Source: Selaginella moellendorffii
Lineage: Eukaryota; Plantae; Lycopodiophyta
Length of the DNA: 64,000 nt
Assembly (NCBI RefSeq): GCF_000143415.4
Contig: NW_003314285.1
Location: forward strand, 771,370 to 835,369
Direction of reading: 5' to 3'
Shown: positions 35,545-47,362 of the stretch, one piece after another
How positions within the stretch are numbered: position 1 is the first letter of the stretch
Layout of the letters: the number at the start of each line of letters is the position of its first letter
Notes under the pieces: generated by a model
The model's input: only the letters and a program-made list of their open reading frames with translations
Databases searched by the model: none
Told to the model about the DNA's origin: nothing
Translations under genes and position numbers: made by a program

Positions 35545-36153
35545 ATGGAGCTCCAAGACAACGATGCGTCCGACAGGTACAAGCTAGTGATCAAACTCCA
35601 GGGCCGGGGCAATTCCATGAAAACCAAAGTCGACAACATAGCCGAGGTGTGCAAAGCTCTGGGACGCTCGCCGGCGCTGGTGACGAGGTTCTTTGGCTGC
35701 GAGCTCGGGGTGCTTTCGAGCTACAGCGACGACACCAACACCGCCATCGTCAATGGCTCCCACGACACAGAGAAGCTGGCAAAACTCCTCGACAAATTCA
35801 TTGCTAAGTATGTGCTGTGCTACGAGTGCAAGAATCCAGAGACGGAGTTAAAGGTGGACAAGATGATCCGGCTCAAGTGCGCTGCGTGTGGTCACTCGTC
35901 CGAGGTTGATCTCCTCAAGAACGACGAGGTGGTGAGGAAGTTCTACTGTGGCGGTGGTGGCGCCGCTAAGAAAGCTACCAAGGTGGCAAAGGGGCCGAGC
36001 AAGAAGAACGCTCCAGTGGTGATGGCGAAGAACGGCGATGAAGACGATCAAGAGGATGACGATGGAGTGGAGTGGCAAACCGATCCTTCGAAGGAAGCGG
36101 CCCAAGAACGCTTGAAAGAGCAGCTTAGCTCTAACCTTGGATGGTTACTTTAA
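35545..36153 (+). CDS. eIF5-like protein, N-terminal GAP/zinc-ribbon domain only (no W2 domain)
   Basis: DRYKL, QGRGNSMKT, FFGCELG, VNGSHD, YVLCYECKNPET, LKCAACG and EWQTDPSKEAAQERLKEQLS, then a stop. Intronless. Confidence 0.8.
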   Translation: MELQDNDASDRYKLVIKLQGRGNSMKTKVDNIAEVCKALGRSPALVTRFFGCELGVLSSYSDDTNTAIVNGSHDTEKLAKLLDKFIAKYVLCYECKNPETELKVDKMIRLKCAACGHSSEVDLLKNDEVVRKFYCGGGGAAKKATKVAKGPSKKNAPVVMAKNGDEDDQEDDDGVEWQTDPSKEAAQERLKEQLSSNLGWLL

Positions 36154-36605
36154 ACTAGCCCTGTGTTTAAAGTAATTAATTTTGCATAATTTTAAGTTTA
36201 ATTTAATGGACAGAGTTCTTTCTGCCTTTAGGTCTTTTATGTTTGTTTAAAAGAGAGATTTCCAGGTCGGCACCGGCGCTCCTCTCCTTCCTAGCCTGGC
36301 TAAAAGGCCGCGCGATTTTCTCGTCGATCGAGCACGATCGCCGCCCAGCGCGGCCACCAGGTCTGTTCTTCGCTCTCGATTTGGGAATGCCGGCGATCTT
36401 TTTCTCGATTCCACATCCTAACCGAGGGCTTCGCCAATGCAGTGTGAGATTTCCGGAGGAGCTGCAGTTCTCCCGCCTGGCGGCGGCATCATGGACTCGA
36501 TTTTCGCGGATCGGGCTGTATCGCTCATCGCAGCACTGCTCCTGGCGGCATGAAAGAAGTGAGTGGGAAATGTAGCTTAGCTGGGATCATGAGACACGAC
36601 AGGGG

Positions 36606-39056
36606 ATGCGTCTGGTGGCGTCGGAGCTCGCGAGGCGTGTAGCAGGCGATTTAAGACAGGGAATTTCCATGTCGGCGGTGACGAGCAAGAGAAAGGTCCA
36701 CTGGAGATGGAAGTTACTGGCTTACGCGTTCTTCCTGGCTATGGCGTCGTGTCTTATCTACATGACCATCCTGGTGCCGCAGTTCCTCAAGCCCAGCCTT
36801 CTCATCTTCGACGGGTTTTCCAGCATCGACGAAAGCTATAAGAACGCGCACGAGCAGTATGAAGTGAGCCGCCACCACCATGAAGGGCCGGGACAGATCA
36901 GAGTTTCTAAGCCGGAGAGGCAAGCTTCCAAGGAAATGTCACTCGTCCAGGATGATGTTTACAAGTGGTACTCGGGCTTGAATCCACTGCTCCGGAAGAC
37001 CAACAAAGGGACGAGCTTTATCATCAAGCAGCCCAGGCAGGCACTCAAGCAGTGGATGGGCGATGTCTCGGAGCTCCAGCGTGCCGCTAATGAAGCTCTG
37101 GCTGCCGGGTCCGAGTCCTGGAAAAACGTTGTGGCGATGAGCAAGAATGGTTCGCGTAAAGTTGCTGAGAGGCCGCGTGGTAAACAGGAGTGTCCACTGG
37201 AGCGAACAATGACTAGGCAGGAGCTGGAAAATGCTGGGATGGCGATGGTGCTGCCTTGTGGACTCGAGATGGGATCATCGGTCACTGTGGTTGGCAAGCC
37301 TCATGGCGGACGTATGGAGTATGTCAAGGGGAGAGTGGAGAAGTCCGTGATGGTGAGACAGTTCGTGGTGGAGCTGCAAGCTCTTAAACCCGGCAGGGCT
37401 GAAGATCCTCCCCGCGTCTTTCATCTCAATCCGAGACTATCAGGTGACTGGAGCGACAAACCTGTCATTGAGATTAACAGCTGCTTCCATGGAAAATGGG
37501 GTGTCTCGCAGAGATGTCATGGATTGCAGTCTCAAGAAGATGAAACAGGTATGATTCTCAGACCTTGCCTCGTTTTTTCTGTTTCTTTTCTTATTGTTTC
37601 TTAAACGTCTTACAGTTGACGGACTTTATCAGTGCGAAGAGTGGCTTCAAGAAGGCACTGAAATTAAAAAGAGCAGCGAATCGCTGTCGTGGTGGAAGTC
37701 ACTGTTTCAAAACGCTGAAAAGTCGGACGACTTGTTGTGGCATTTCCCATTTGCCGAGGACCGGTTCTTTGTTCTTACTATCAGAGCCGGATTTGAGGGC
37801 TACCATCTTATTGTCGACGGAAGGCACATTGCATCTTTCCCGTATAGAGAGGTTTGTATGTCCGTGTTCGTTGTTGGAACTTCGCTACTAATGCTTGGCG
37901 ACAGGATTTCAGTTTGGAGGATGCAACTGGAGTGTTTGTCGGTGGACATCTCGACGTGCACTTGGTCATGGCGACGTCTCTTCGTTTATCAAACTCCAGT
38001 ATTCCTTTGACAGAAACTTTGGAACTCATTCCAAAGTGGAAAGCACCAGTTCCGGTCAATCCAAGTCCCGAGCTGTTCATAGGAATTTCCTCGACGAGTT
38101 CTCATTTTGGAGAGCGGATGGCCGCTAGAAAGACTTGGATGCGTTCACCATCTATCCTTTCCGGCCGAGTAGTTGCCAGATTTTTTGTTGCACTGGTAAG
38201 AGAAGCTTATTTCGACTCCGAGCAGCTTACTGACGAGTTCCAACTATAGTGTGCAGATAACTACATGAACTTACAAGTCAAGCAAGAAGCTGATTTCTAC
38301 AGAGACATGATCATCATCCCCTCCATGGACCGGTATGAACTTGTCGTTCTGAAAACTATAGCAATCTGTGAATTCGGGGTAAGCAACACGCTATGCATTT
38401 CTTTTACAAAGCGCTTCCACAGGTTCGCAACTTCTCAGCTAAGTACACCATGAAGTGCGACGACGATACGTTCTCTCACGTCGAGTCCATTCTCCACGAG
38501 CTGGAAATGACTCCTTACAAGACCGGACTTTACATGGGGAACATCAACCGGTACCACAGACCGCAGAGAATGGGAAAATGGGCTGTTACTTACAAGGTAC
38601 GTTGGCTTTGATTCATATCTATCTAGATCAAGACAATGAGAATAATGGGACAATGCAGGAATGGCCCGAGGACGAGTACCCGTTATACGCCGACGGTCCC
38701 GGATACGTGGTATCAGCCGACATTGCGAATTTCATAGTGGAGCACCATGAGAAGCGTACTCTTCGCGTAAGTTTTAGAGAGTTTTTCTAGCTTTCGAGCT
38801 TTAGAGTTTTTGGAGAGATCTGGAGATCTAATGTGGGATCCTTTTGTGACAGATTTTCAAGATGGAGGACGTGAGCATGGGACTGTGGGTGTCGCAATTC
38901 GCGCTCTCGAATCCAGTCTACTACATCCACCACTCCAAGTTTTGTCAATGGGGGTGTGTGGAGGACTACTACACGGCACACTACATGTCGCCCCGCCAGA
39001 TGGTTTGTATGTGGCAAAAGCTCTCGCGAGGAAAAGCTCAGTGCTGCAATATGTGA
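36606..39056 (+). CDS. GT31 hydroxyproline O-galactosyltransferase (galectin plus galactosyl_T domains; GALT2-6 type), multi-exon
   Basis: N-terminal [55 protein letters not shown] and terminal AQCCNM. Confidence 0.92.
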
Positions 39057-39588
39057 GGAGAAAATCACTTTGCTCGCTCGCTCTTCTTTTTCCGCATGTA
39101 ATTTTGTACGGCTGCGATGAAGTGACTCTGACGGTTGCGATTTTTGCGACGAATCGACGGTTTTGATCTTTGTTTATTTGTTTATTTGTTTATTTGTTCT
39201 CGTTTACTATGTCAGCCTTTAGGGTTTAGTACATAGATTATCCAAACGACTATCCAGGGATCTTCCACTGTTGGTGACATTCCATTTGTTCTTTAACATT
39301 CTTGCACTGCATTCTTCTAAGTGATTCGTTTCTGATATTGTTTCGTTCGTTTCTTCCACACTTCAGTCGGAGCGTTTCAAAATCCAGGCTCATTAGATAG
39401 ATAAACATTTGTATAGTCACCGGACTTCTAATCCTTTCTTACTCGTCCTCTCGTCACTTCAAAACGTTTGGATACATTCGGCTGATCTAGCCTTCTTTCT
39501 TCGGGGACCCAGACACTACTGCGGAGGCCGCCAGGTTCACACGGACATGTCGAGCGAACTTTGCTTTAGGAGATCGAATTCGAGAACC

Positions 39589-40860
39589 ATGGCGGAGGTA
39601 GTGCTGTACATGATACGCGGTGCCGAGGTTGTGGCTGAGCAAAACGTGGTTCAAAGTCTGGGCGCTAACAAGACTCAAGCCGAAGCCATGATCGAGGCAG
39701 AAAGCGAAGCTGGGCAGGAGGAATCGTTGGCTAACTCTCGAAACAATCTCTAGAAGAAGCCGAAGGGACGAGCGAAGGGACCCTGTAGGTTAGCGCTAGT
39801 CGAGCACGAAGAGGCTGAAGTGCTACCGTCAATGACATAACCTTCTTGCAAGCAGCTTCACGTATGGTGAGTGTAGCGTCTGCACTTTGACTTGAATTGA
39901 TTTCCCAGTGCTAGAGATGTTGAGGCGACGGATCTCCTTGGCCCCGGTGGTCCGAAAAGGCTTCTTATAGTTGATGAAGCCCAGGCTGCATTTGGCCGTG
40001 ACTATGTTATGGAAAACTCTGAGGACCAGGGCGCCGGGATGAGGAGCAGAACACGTCCCAACAACAGGTGGGATAGTTTGGACAGCAATCGGATTCTCTC
40101 AAGGTAAGCATCTGCTCAAGGATTTTATGCATGTAATTTTCTAGGCCTTCAGGTGGTTATGACTCATGGTTTTTCTTTGCAATTCAGTGATGAGGAGCAT
40201 GGATGCGGTACTTCGGATTGAAAGACCTTGGTGATGAATTACGAGATTGGATTATCCATTTATCCGATAAGCAGACAGGATTTATGGCGGAAATTTTGGA
40301 TTGGCTTGCGGGCACTGGGATTGGGACAGAAAGGCCGAGCTGGCTAAGTGAGTACTTCATCCACAGGCTGCAGACGACCGATCTCAAGACCATTTTGCCG
40401 AATGTCAGAGCATATAGTCGTAAGCTGACTGTGTCTTGAAGTAGTGTGACAGGGTATACAGGTTCTACGACAAAGTTGATAGTCCCTCTTGTGTTTACCG
40501 TTCCTTTATAGTGTGCTTACTTGCGAATCTTGGGGTATGCATCCATCTTTATCTGTTTGAAATGTCCTTGGTTGCAGGTGTCGTATGATTCGCTTTGACA
40601 AGAGATGCAAGACACGGTCCATGAGCTACGTCTGCATGGCCAGCTTATGAAAAGTACGCGGGGAAATTCTTCTAGAGTGCACGAATGTGTTTTCTTCAGG
40701 CGCGTCTACAAGGGTATATTGCCTGTAGCTGAGGTAAATGCTATGGGAAATCAAGCAGTTCCTTGGTTTTAGAGCACTTCTCGTTCAAGGTGTTACGAGA
40801 CAGCTTTTCATGGGGTCGAGCAAATGAGGCAGATACCACCCCCCATACGAGCATCGTCTG
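39589..40860 (+). pseudogene. Unknown multi-exon gene or pseudogene with a Walker-B-like LLIVDEAQ motif
   Basis: GT-AG pattern, LLIVDEAQAAFG at 39961-39996, and premature stops. Confidence 0.35.
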
Positions 40861-41482
40861 AAGAATGAGTTCTACAAGTCTGTGACTTGGATCTGTTTCT
40901 ATTACGTGACATGAATGTGTTTGCAGGTCAATATGCTCCTTGCTCGAACCTGGCATCTACCAATGTGGGACCTTGTTGGTGTCAGATGCTTCGTTGATTA
41001 GTATTTGGCATGGTATTTTGGGACCACAAAACGTTTGCATCTTGAAAAGTAGATAAAATTAAATGTGTTTTCCTACTTGTTTTAGGCTACTTGTACTATC
41101 TAGATTCAGGCAAAACGCCCAGTATTGGCCCCTGTTTTCTGAACCACTCAAGGTTTATGTTATGATTGATATATCGGGGATTTGTGAGATAACATGACGG
41201 GACGGAATTGGTTGTCGTTACATTTTCTTCCGACTTCGAAACATCAACGGATTATCCAGATGGTTTCATTGTTCGTCATGCCAGTGGAAAAACATAAAGG
41301 TGCCCAACTCCACAGCAGATTCCCAAACAAGGGGAAACGGAGAAGAGAAGTTCAAGAGGAACAACCACAGGGAAACGAAGCAACTTGATATCTTGTTGTC
41401 ATTCTAGAGAACATTCGCTCTTGGAAATATATAATCTCAAAAGAAAAACTATCACAAGTTCGCAGTTTTGCTGTTTGGATGT

Positions 41483-41680
41483 CGATCTAATGTGGGAGCC
41501 TTTTGTGACATATGAATCTGTATCGCAATTTCCGCTTACATCCCACCACTCCACCACTCCAACTTTTGTCAATGAGGGTGTTACACGGCACACCACATGT
41601 CGCCCCGGCTCGTGTTGTACGGCTACGATGAAGTGACTCTAACGGTTGTGATCTTTGCGATGAATCGACGGTTTTGATTT
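41483..41680 (+). pseudogene. Decayed duplicate of the GALT last intron, last exon and 3'UTR (~38825-39170)
   Basis: Shared strings gatctaatgtggga, ttttgtcaatg, cacggcaca, acatgtcgcccc, gatgaagtgactct and gaatcgacggttttgat. Confidence 0.8.
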
Positions 41681-42045
41681 TTGCTTGAATCCAGCGGTTG
41701 TCGATCGAATCGATGGATTGGACCTACGGCTTAATCGACGGTTGTGCTTTTCTTGTGCCCGTCACGCTCGTCACCGCCCATCTTTTCTTTCTCTCATGCC
41801 TCTGTTGATCTCGCCGCTCTTTCCTTCCGTACAGCGATCACTCCAATATATTGTGCCTGCTATTAGGGTTTATGGGATGACCGAATGCGGTAGCGCGAGC
41901 GCGAGTGCGATCCAGGAGGGATCGCTTCCGAAATTCCGTGTCGCGATCGGTTAGAGCTCCGGCTGGAGGATTTTTCTTGAGAGATTGCAAGGGTTTGCGA
42001 GCAGCGCCAATGCCAGTTCCGAGGTATTGACGTTCTTCCTGTGAA

Positions 42046-43358
42046 ATGTCGGGGGTTTCTTCTTCCTCTCCACCTCCAGCGACGATTGAATTGTCCTGTT
42101 TTAGGCGATCGGAGCTATATTACGCGTCGGATTCGCCGTCGCCCACTCCCAATGCCGCTGGCAGCGACGACTCCCCTGTTTCCGTGGCAGGGAACTCGCA
42201 ATTCCTCTCCAGCAGCGACTGTAGCAGCAATGGGGAGTGCTGCTCGTCTGGAATGGCGCCGTGGAAGCTTGACGAGGTGGATCCACTAGGGGGGCGCAGC
42301 ACCGACAAGGAGATGATTCCAATGACGCAGATATTCATGGTTTGTGGACCCTGGATCGACGAGCCCGCAAAAACATGGAGAGAAAAAAATTAAATTCCTC
42401 GCGCTCTCTCTCTCTGTTTTGTAGGATCGGGCCGGCAACGACCATCGTGGTTTCACGCATCGTGGACGCCTGGTGTATACTCGAGCTCCAGCGCAAAAGG
42501 TAGAAATCAATCCCGCAATCCAGATCTTTGCTAACTGTTTCCTAGAACCAAACGACAGGCGCTAAATTGTCCGGCGAAATTGAAGAAGAACAAGCAGCTA
42601 AACGCGGAAGAGGTGCTCCAGCCGAAGCCGATCGAGCAGAGTGTGAGAGATGAGCCGGATCTATCGATGAAGCTCAACAAGGTGGAACTCCTAAAGCTCC
42701 AGAGCCAGGTGGAGGAGCTCAAGCTAAAGGTACGAGACAAGGAGGGATTGCTCCAATCCATCAAGCAGTCGGCGCAGTCGGACATCAAACTCCTGGAAGA
42801 GGCCGAGATCTCGGATCTTCGGAACAAGGTCGACTTCCTCCACACGGAATTGCTAAGGAGGGATTTTCTCCTGCATTCGCTCCAGCACCAACTCTCCGAG
42901 AAACACGTAAGTCATAGATTCTCTGTTTTTGTTCTTACCTTCTCTCTCTTATAGGTGGAGATGGGAAACATGAAACTCTTGATCCAGGGGTTGCAGAACG
43001 AGTTGGCAAAACGAGAACACAAGCACTCGCAGATGGAAAGCGACATGGATGATCTCCGGTTTGAGGTAGCAGCGCTCAGATATGAGAACCAAATAGCGGG
43101 AAGTCCACATTTTGTGCCACAACCGGATCAGATGATGATCATGAGCTGCGAGGTAAGATCGTCAATCAAAGCTTTAGTTCCGAGTGATCGATGCAAGCTT
43201 TCATGGATGAACAGAGCATGGAAGAAACGAGAGACAGATACCTTGCGGCTGTCTTGGCAGCGAAAAACAAACCCGCAGAGGAATCAATAGCGCTAGCTGC
43301 CGAATTGAGACACCAGTTGCGAGGCTTTGTCACGCTGCCACACGTATTTCACGAATGA
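42046..43358 (+). CDS. MPB2C: Microtubule-binding protein 2C-like (MPB2C), multi-exon
   Basis: EMIPMTQIFM, FTHRGRLVYTRAP, a central coiled coil and C-terminal MEETRDRYLAAVLAAK...EESIALAAELR, all matching plant MPB2C. Confidence 0.8.
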
Positions 43359-43512
43359 AAGGTGACGCCTTCCTCCTTTGTTTGAGTTGCCCGAGGTAAG
43401 CTCGTACTTTGTTAAGATTTTTCTTTCTTTTCTTGACACCACTGAGAATGCTTTGCAGCGACGGGAAGAGCAAAGCAAATCACGGAACCAGTTTTCTAGT
43501 TTCGGAAAAGAA

Positions 43513-44818
43513 TCAAAGAATTGTCGACATCTCGATCGCCTCAGTGGGAACTGGAGTAACGCTTCCACCACAAACGTCCCTTTGCAACTGTGCGTGGGTC
43601 TGGGTGAGACTGGAGACGTCGTCTTGGAGCGCTTTTAGCTCTTGCAGGGCGCTCCTCGCGTCCTCTTTCGTTACTAACACCAGTCTCTCCATGGGATTGC
43701 GCTCGAAGTGGGATGACCTGTAAGAAAAATTCCCTGATGTTACTGAAAGCAGTAAAAAGAAAAGCTTGAAACGGTGAAAAGCTAAAGTAACCTGGATCGT
43801 TCGGACAATCTGTTTAGATCGTTAGCGAAATTTCGGAAGTACTCCTCCTCGTTGCAAATGACGTTGTAGATAACTTCCCAGTTGCGAGCCCAGAAGTAAT
43901 AAAACACTGCCCCTGCTACAGCGAGCGAGAGAAAGGCCCGACCTCTGGGATTGCAGTAAGTCTTGGCCGCCAAAGTCACCACCGAGAGAAGGAAAAGGAA
44001 AAACGACATGATCCCACCGATTCGAATCTGTCTGCTCCACAAAACACGGTCGAGTTGAATGACACGCGCAAGAGATGAAAGTTTAAAGAGCTTACCGGAA
44101 CTCGTTCCATTGAGACATGATGTTTCGGAGCTGGAAAGCAAACCAGAAAAAGATCAGCGAGTATAGAGGAAGCATACAGATGGTGACAATGGCAAACGCC
44201 TTCTGGTGGACAACGCAGTCTTGCAGGTCAGGACAGTACCTGCGATTAAACAAGCGGCGCCAAGCAAGCATTAGAAAAGTATGAAACAGAAAAAAAAGAA
44301 AAAGAAAAAGAAAAAAAAAAGGAAAAAAAAAAGGAGACTTACTTGACGGCACCCTTAGCGGACGCAAAAGTCGAGATGACGATCGTAGGGGAGAGCAGAA
44401 CGACGAGAGGAAGGACAGTGAGCTTGAGACGGTCTTGCCTGAGCACACGCATTTTCCTGATGGTCACCAAATAGAGCTGCCCCATTCGAACGGTGAGGCA
44501 ATTGAGCCAGAGAGCAAACCCAAAGCAAGCCTGGAGCCAAAACGTCCACAGCGAGCATATGTTGAATGGTCTCTTGTTCACCCGCGGGAAGTGCTTCATA
44601 ACGACGACAGTGGCTAGCACCCAAATCAATCCCCCGACCGAGCTCAGCGAAGTTAGCCACACACCCCTGGCATGTATCGGCTTGTAGTCCCTGCGCCTAA
44701 TCAGTATCGTGTTCCCAGCTATGTGTATCACACAGCCTACCGCTATGACGCTCACCACTACATAATCCCACACGGTGGGCTCCTGCCCATCGCTGTGGCA
44801 TCCTCCTCCTTTCTCCAT
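43513..44818 (-). CDS. 7-transmembrane protein resembling the 7TM region of RGS1-type proteins; no RGS box
   Basis: About seven hydrophobic segments over four exons. CSLWTFWLQACFGFALWLNCLTVRMGQLY and QLRNIMSQWNEFR resemble RGS1 TM3 and loop 3. Short coiled-coil tail. Confidence 0.65.
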
Positions 44819-45317
44819 TTCCTCCGCTCCGCTATCATGCTACTCTACCGCTACTCTACACCTGTGATGTCTTCCCTGTGAATCCTGAGAACTTTGCAGC
44901 CGCTCTGACTTACAGGGCTAAATCTTCTATGCTCTGACTTGTTCGTCGACCTCCCAGCTCCCAGCTCCCAGCTCCCAGCTGCAAAAGCTCCAAGCTCTCC
45001 TGTAGAGAAAACAGCGCGGCTTAGGGCGGTGAAAGAGCATTTTGCTTACGAGTCTTGACCGTGCCTGGGACTGTTCAAACGTTGACTCGATGAACTTGTG
45101 GCGAGCGCGTTTTTCACTACGCTGCTTCAAACTGGGTCGGGCACTGTCGGGCTCGGGCGACGACTTTTTGTATCAACTTCCTGTTTGTCCACGTTTGCCG
45201 CGAACACCCGTCTGACAAATTTCCATCCGTGCGAGTGCAACTGTTAAGAACAATCTGCTTGGAAGTTGCATCCTGCCTTACCTTATGCCGACGAGTGAGA
45301 ATTGAAAAGTAGAAAGC

Positions 45318-47108
45318 TTACTTGTCTCCTTGTGGATCGACATGCTTCCTCAAGCATGTGTCGTGTACCTTTTGGTCGTATATCGCAGCGTCGTTCTTGG
45401 ATATCTTCAAGGTGGTGTACGAGACGCGATCCGGGAAGCATCCGCTGTCCACCATCATCTGGAAAATCCCTCGAGCCTCCTCCTCCCGCTGCTCCCTGCA
45501 GAAGGACTTGATGATGGAATTGTAGGTGATGACGTTTGGCTTGAAGTCGGCTTGAATCATCTGGTGGAGCAGCTTCACGGCGGTGTCGGGCTGTTGCGCC
45601 TTGCAGAAGGCTCCGATCAGAGTGTTGTAAGTAACGTTGCTGGGAATGGATCCCCTCTGGCACATCGACTTAAAGAGCTGGTGAGCCTCATGCAAGTCCC
45701 CGGCCTTGCAAAACTTGTGAATCACAACGTTCATGGTTTTGGTGTCGAGGATGTAGCCACTTCCCAGCATCCGTCCCAGGAGCTCGAGGCTGTCATAGGT
45801 TCTCCCGGCACTTGCAAACGCCACAACCAGGATTTTGTAGCTCACGTCGTCGGTCTTGCATCCCTGGCTATACATCGATAGCAGCACCTGGTAAGCCTCG
45901 TCTAGCCTGCTGTTCTTGCACAGCATCAGCAGCACTGTCCGGTAGTTCACCTGGTTCGGCCGAGTTCCTTCCTGGATCATCTTCTCCAGGAGACTTAAAG
46001 CCTCGGTCGTTCTGTCACCCTCGGCGGTGGAAAGTGCGGTGAAGAGGCTGTTGTAAGTGACGACGTTCCTCTTCTCCAGCGCGTTGAGCAGCCTGTAAGC
46101 CTCGTCGATGCTATTGTTCTTACAGAAGATATCCAAGATCATCGTGTAAGTTATGACATCCGCCCGGCACCCCCGCTGAGACATCTCCTTGAGCAGCATC
46201 AAGACCTCGTCCAGCCTCTCCAGCTTGCGAAACCCATCGATGAGCGCATTGTAAGTTACCACGTTTGGAGAGCACCCCTTCTTCACCATCTCCGTCACCA
46301 GCCCATACGCTTCATGAGGCTGGCCCGACTTGCAAAGAGCGTCCACGAGAATGCTGTAAGTGTAGACGTTTGGAGCACAGTCCTCTCCAATCCTTCTAAA
46401 GTGTAGCAAAGCTTGCGAGACTTTCCCTGCGGTGCACAGGCCCCGGATGATGGTCGTGTGGATCACCACGTTGGGACGAACTCCATTGCTTTTCATCTCG
46501 TCCAGCAACTCTAGAGCTTGCTGGAACTCTCCGGCCTTGCAAAATCCTTGCATGAGGATGCCATAGCTGACCTCGTTCACTGCGTAGCTCCCCAGCAGCC
46601 TGTGCCTGTAAAACTCATACCCATGGCGATGCCTCTTAGAATCCACGAAGATCTGGAGCATACCATTGCAAGCGTAGACGCTGTGGTGGTAGGACGGCAG
46701 CGATTCTGCCCAGTCGAAGAACACCACCGCCAAGTCGGGATTATCGATCCTCTCCAGCACTCTCCACGCAATCTCCCGAGACAGGCAGCGGACGTGAAGC
46801 GCGAGGCTGGATTTCGCGTGCTCGGGGCAGGGCGCGCTGGCGAGAATGCTGAGAATCACCCTTGCCGCGATGAGCGCCTCGATCTGGCGGCTGTTCCGGC
46901 CGGGCGAGGACGCGGCGATGGCAGCACTGGCGGCATTGGCACGGGATTCTTGCTCCGCCGAGGGCATGACGCTGCGATGATCCGCTTCCTTGTGCTGCCA
47001 GAGCCAGAATCTCGACAAGAAGCTGGGCGCTGGCGGCATGCCGGGGAAATTGTAATGGTACCTGGAAGAGGAAGGCGCTCCATAGATCGCAGAAGAACAC
47101 AATGCCAT
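45318..47108 (-). CDS. P-class pentatricopeptide repeat protein
   Basis: Tandem 35-aa repeats (PNVVTYNALIDGF etc.) and a transit-peptide-like N-terminus starting MALCSS. Confidence 0.93.
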   Translation of the reverse strand: MALCSSAIYGAPSSSRYHYNFPGMPPAPSFLSRFWLWQHKEADHRSVMPSAEQESRANAASAAIAASSPGRNSRQIEALIAARVILSILASAPCPEHAKSSLALHVRCLSREIAWRVLERIDNPDLAVVFFDWAESLPSYHHSVYACNGMLQIFVDSKRHRHGYEFYRHRLLGSYAVNEVSYGILMQGFCKAGEFQQALELLDEMKSNGVRPNVVIHTTIIRGLCTAGKVSQALLHFRRIGEDCAPNVYTYSILVDALCKSGQPHEAYGLVTEMVKKGCSPNVVTYNALIDGFRKLERLDEVLMLLKEMSQRGCRADVITYTMILDIFCKNNSIDEAYRLLNALEKRNVVTYNSLFTALSTAEGDRTTEALSLLEKMIQEGTRPNQVNYRTVLLMLCKNSRLDEAYQVLLSMYSQGCKTDDVSYKILVVAFASAGRTYDSLELLGRMLGSGYILDTKTMNVVIHKFCKAGDLHEAHQLFKSMCQRGSIPSNVTYNTLIGAFCKAQQPDTAVKLLHQMIQADFKPNVITYNSIIKSFCREQREEEARGIFQMMVDSGCFPDRVSYTTLKISKNDAAIYDQKVHDTCLRKHVDPQGDK

Positions 47109-47362
47109 AGCTAGGGTTTTAGAGCGCGAATTTGAAAACTCTCCAGATTCCAATCCATAGGCAATTAATCCAAATCGATTCGATTAATTCAATCCAACTC
47201 GCGCAACTGTGATTGTTCTTGTGAAATTCGATCACAGTGGAGTGGTCGATCAAAGAAAAGAAGTGCTTTCTACGTGGCTGGCACTTGTCAAGGAATCGAT
47301 CAACACGCACGGATCATATAAATTCTACCATGGAGTAGAAATTTATTAGGGTTTTGGACAAA

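Noticed and set aside
44951-44980. (CTCCCAG)n and (TGTTTATT)n near 39170
   Set aside because: Ordinary short tandem repeats; not CRISPR-like.
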